This document shows, one piece after another, positions 62,573-64,000 of a DNA stretch of 64,000 nt. Every line of letters begins with the position of its first letter. The stretch's first letter is position 1. Both the position numbers and the translations under genes were made by a program. The notes below the pieces were generated by a model that was given only the letters and a program-made list of their open reading frames with translations, searched no databases and was not told the DNA's origin. The DNA comes from Acidobacteriota bacterium (lineage in GTDB: Bacteria; Acidobacteriota; UBA890; WLXD01): positions 672,001-736,000 of the forward strand of contig CAXWPL010000002.1 in NCBI GenBank assembly GCA_963666215.2, given 5' to 3'.

Positions 62573-64000
62573 CAGCAAGCCGCGGACAAGATCGGCTTCC
62601 CTGTTGTCGTCAAGCCCCTCAATGCCAACCACGGCCGCGGCGTGTCGATTGGACTGACCGATTCGGAGCAGGTGGCGGCAGCGTTCGACCAGGCGCACAA
62701 ACACAGCAGGGGAGTGCTCGTCGAGAGCTTCATCACGGATCTCGACCATCGGCTGCTCGTCATCGACGGTGAGCTCATCGCGGCCGCCAAACGTATGCCC
62801 GCACACGTGGTCGGCGACGGCGAACGCAGTGTTGAGGAGCTGATCGAAATCGTCAACGCGGACCCTCGCCGAGGCATCGGCCATGAGCGCGATCTCACCC
62901 GAATCGAGCTCAACCACCAGTCCGAGCGGCTCCTGCAGCGTCTCGGCTACAGGCAGGAGAGCGTGCCTGCCAAGGACGAGGTGGTGTTCCTGTGCTCGAC
63001 CGCGAACCTGTCGACGGGGGGCACGGCCATTGACGTCACCGACGCGGTCCACCCGGACAACCGCGAAATGGCGATTCGAGCGGCCAAGGCAATCGGACTC
63101 GATATCGCGGGTGTCGACTTCCTTACCCATGACATCTCCGAGTCCTACAAGCAGTCCGGGGGCGCCATTTGTGAAATCAACGCCGCCCCCGGCTTCCGCA
63201 TGCATGTTGCGCCCAGTGAGGGGCTGGCACGCGACGTTGCCGGTCCAGTTCTCGACATGCTCTTCCCGAGCGGGTCGCGCAGCCGCATCCCGATTGCCAC
63301 GATCACCGGCACGAATGGCAAGACGACCACGGCCCGGATGCTCGCCCACATCATGAAGATGAGCGGCCACACCGTCGGACTCACCACAACCGACGGCGTG
63401 TACATCGACGGTCAGCTCACCGTGCCGGGCGACATGACAGGGCCGGTCGCGGCGCGCATGGTGCTACGTGACCCGAGCGTCGACGTGGCGGTGCTCGAGA
63501 CCGCGCGCGGCGGCCTGTTGCGCGCCGGCATGGGCTACCGCCGGTGCGACGTGGGAGCCTGTCTGAATATTGCCGCCGATCACCTCGGCCTGCGTGGAGT
63601 CGACACGATCGAAGAGCTGGCTGAAGTCAAGCGAACGGTCATCGAAGTGGCCCGCGGCGCCGCGGTGCTCAACGCCGACGACCCTCTGTGCTTGAAGATG
63701 GCCGACTACAGCAACGCCGAGCGCATCTGCTACGTGAGCATGCAGCGTGCCCACCCGCTGGTGAAAGAGCATGTTCGCGCCGGCGGGCTCGCGGTTGTGC
63801 TCGAAGAGGGTATCAATGGCCACATGATCACTCTCTACGACAACGGCGCCCACATTCCGCTCCTGTGGACTCATCTGATCCCGGCCACCATCGAGGGTCG
63901 CGCGCTGCACAACGTGCAGAACGCGATGTTCGCCACCGCGATGGCGTACTGCATGGAGATCCGCCTCGAGGACATCCGCCAGGGCCTGCGTACGTTCGAC
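62573..64000 (+). pseudogene. cphA: Cyanophycin synthetase lacking its N-terminal part; runs off the window end
   Basis: Not in the ORF track; the frame reads PVVVKPLNANHGRG, DPRRG, ANLSTGG, EINAAPGFRMH, ITGTNGKTTT and LETARGGL. Confidence 0.9.

Overview
GC-rich chromosomal segment, most likely from an Acidobacteriota genome (inferred from the PadR + duplicated orphan permease pair and a TonB receptor with a carboxypeptidase-regulatory-like domain). 1-5 kb: an IS3 element, then the right part of a compact integrative, satellite/prophage-like element (XRE HTH, DUF1376/YdaU-type initiator with internal iterons, DnaC-like ATPase, excisionase, tyrosine integrase) ending just upstream of the 5' end of tRNA-Leu(TAA). 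13-19 kb: an IS1595 element carrying a methyltransferase-endonuclease fusion, IS3 debris, a TonB-dependent receptor and an inverted 111-bp copy of the IS1595 right end. This block sits between an ABC ATPase and a PadR-ADOP permease pair. The rest is mostly core genome: metH, mtaB, two peptidases, tRNA-Gly/Cys, cysS, ribF, a CxxxY-type ccm operon interrupted by IS481, deoB, moaADE, dinB, fumC and a pal-like gene. The window ends in an iadA/cyanophycin synthetase chimera. Several apparent frameshifts are all repaired by lengthening a short homopolymer by one base, which suggests sequencing error. All family assignments come from motif recognition by eye; no database searches were run.
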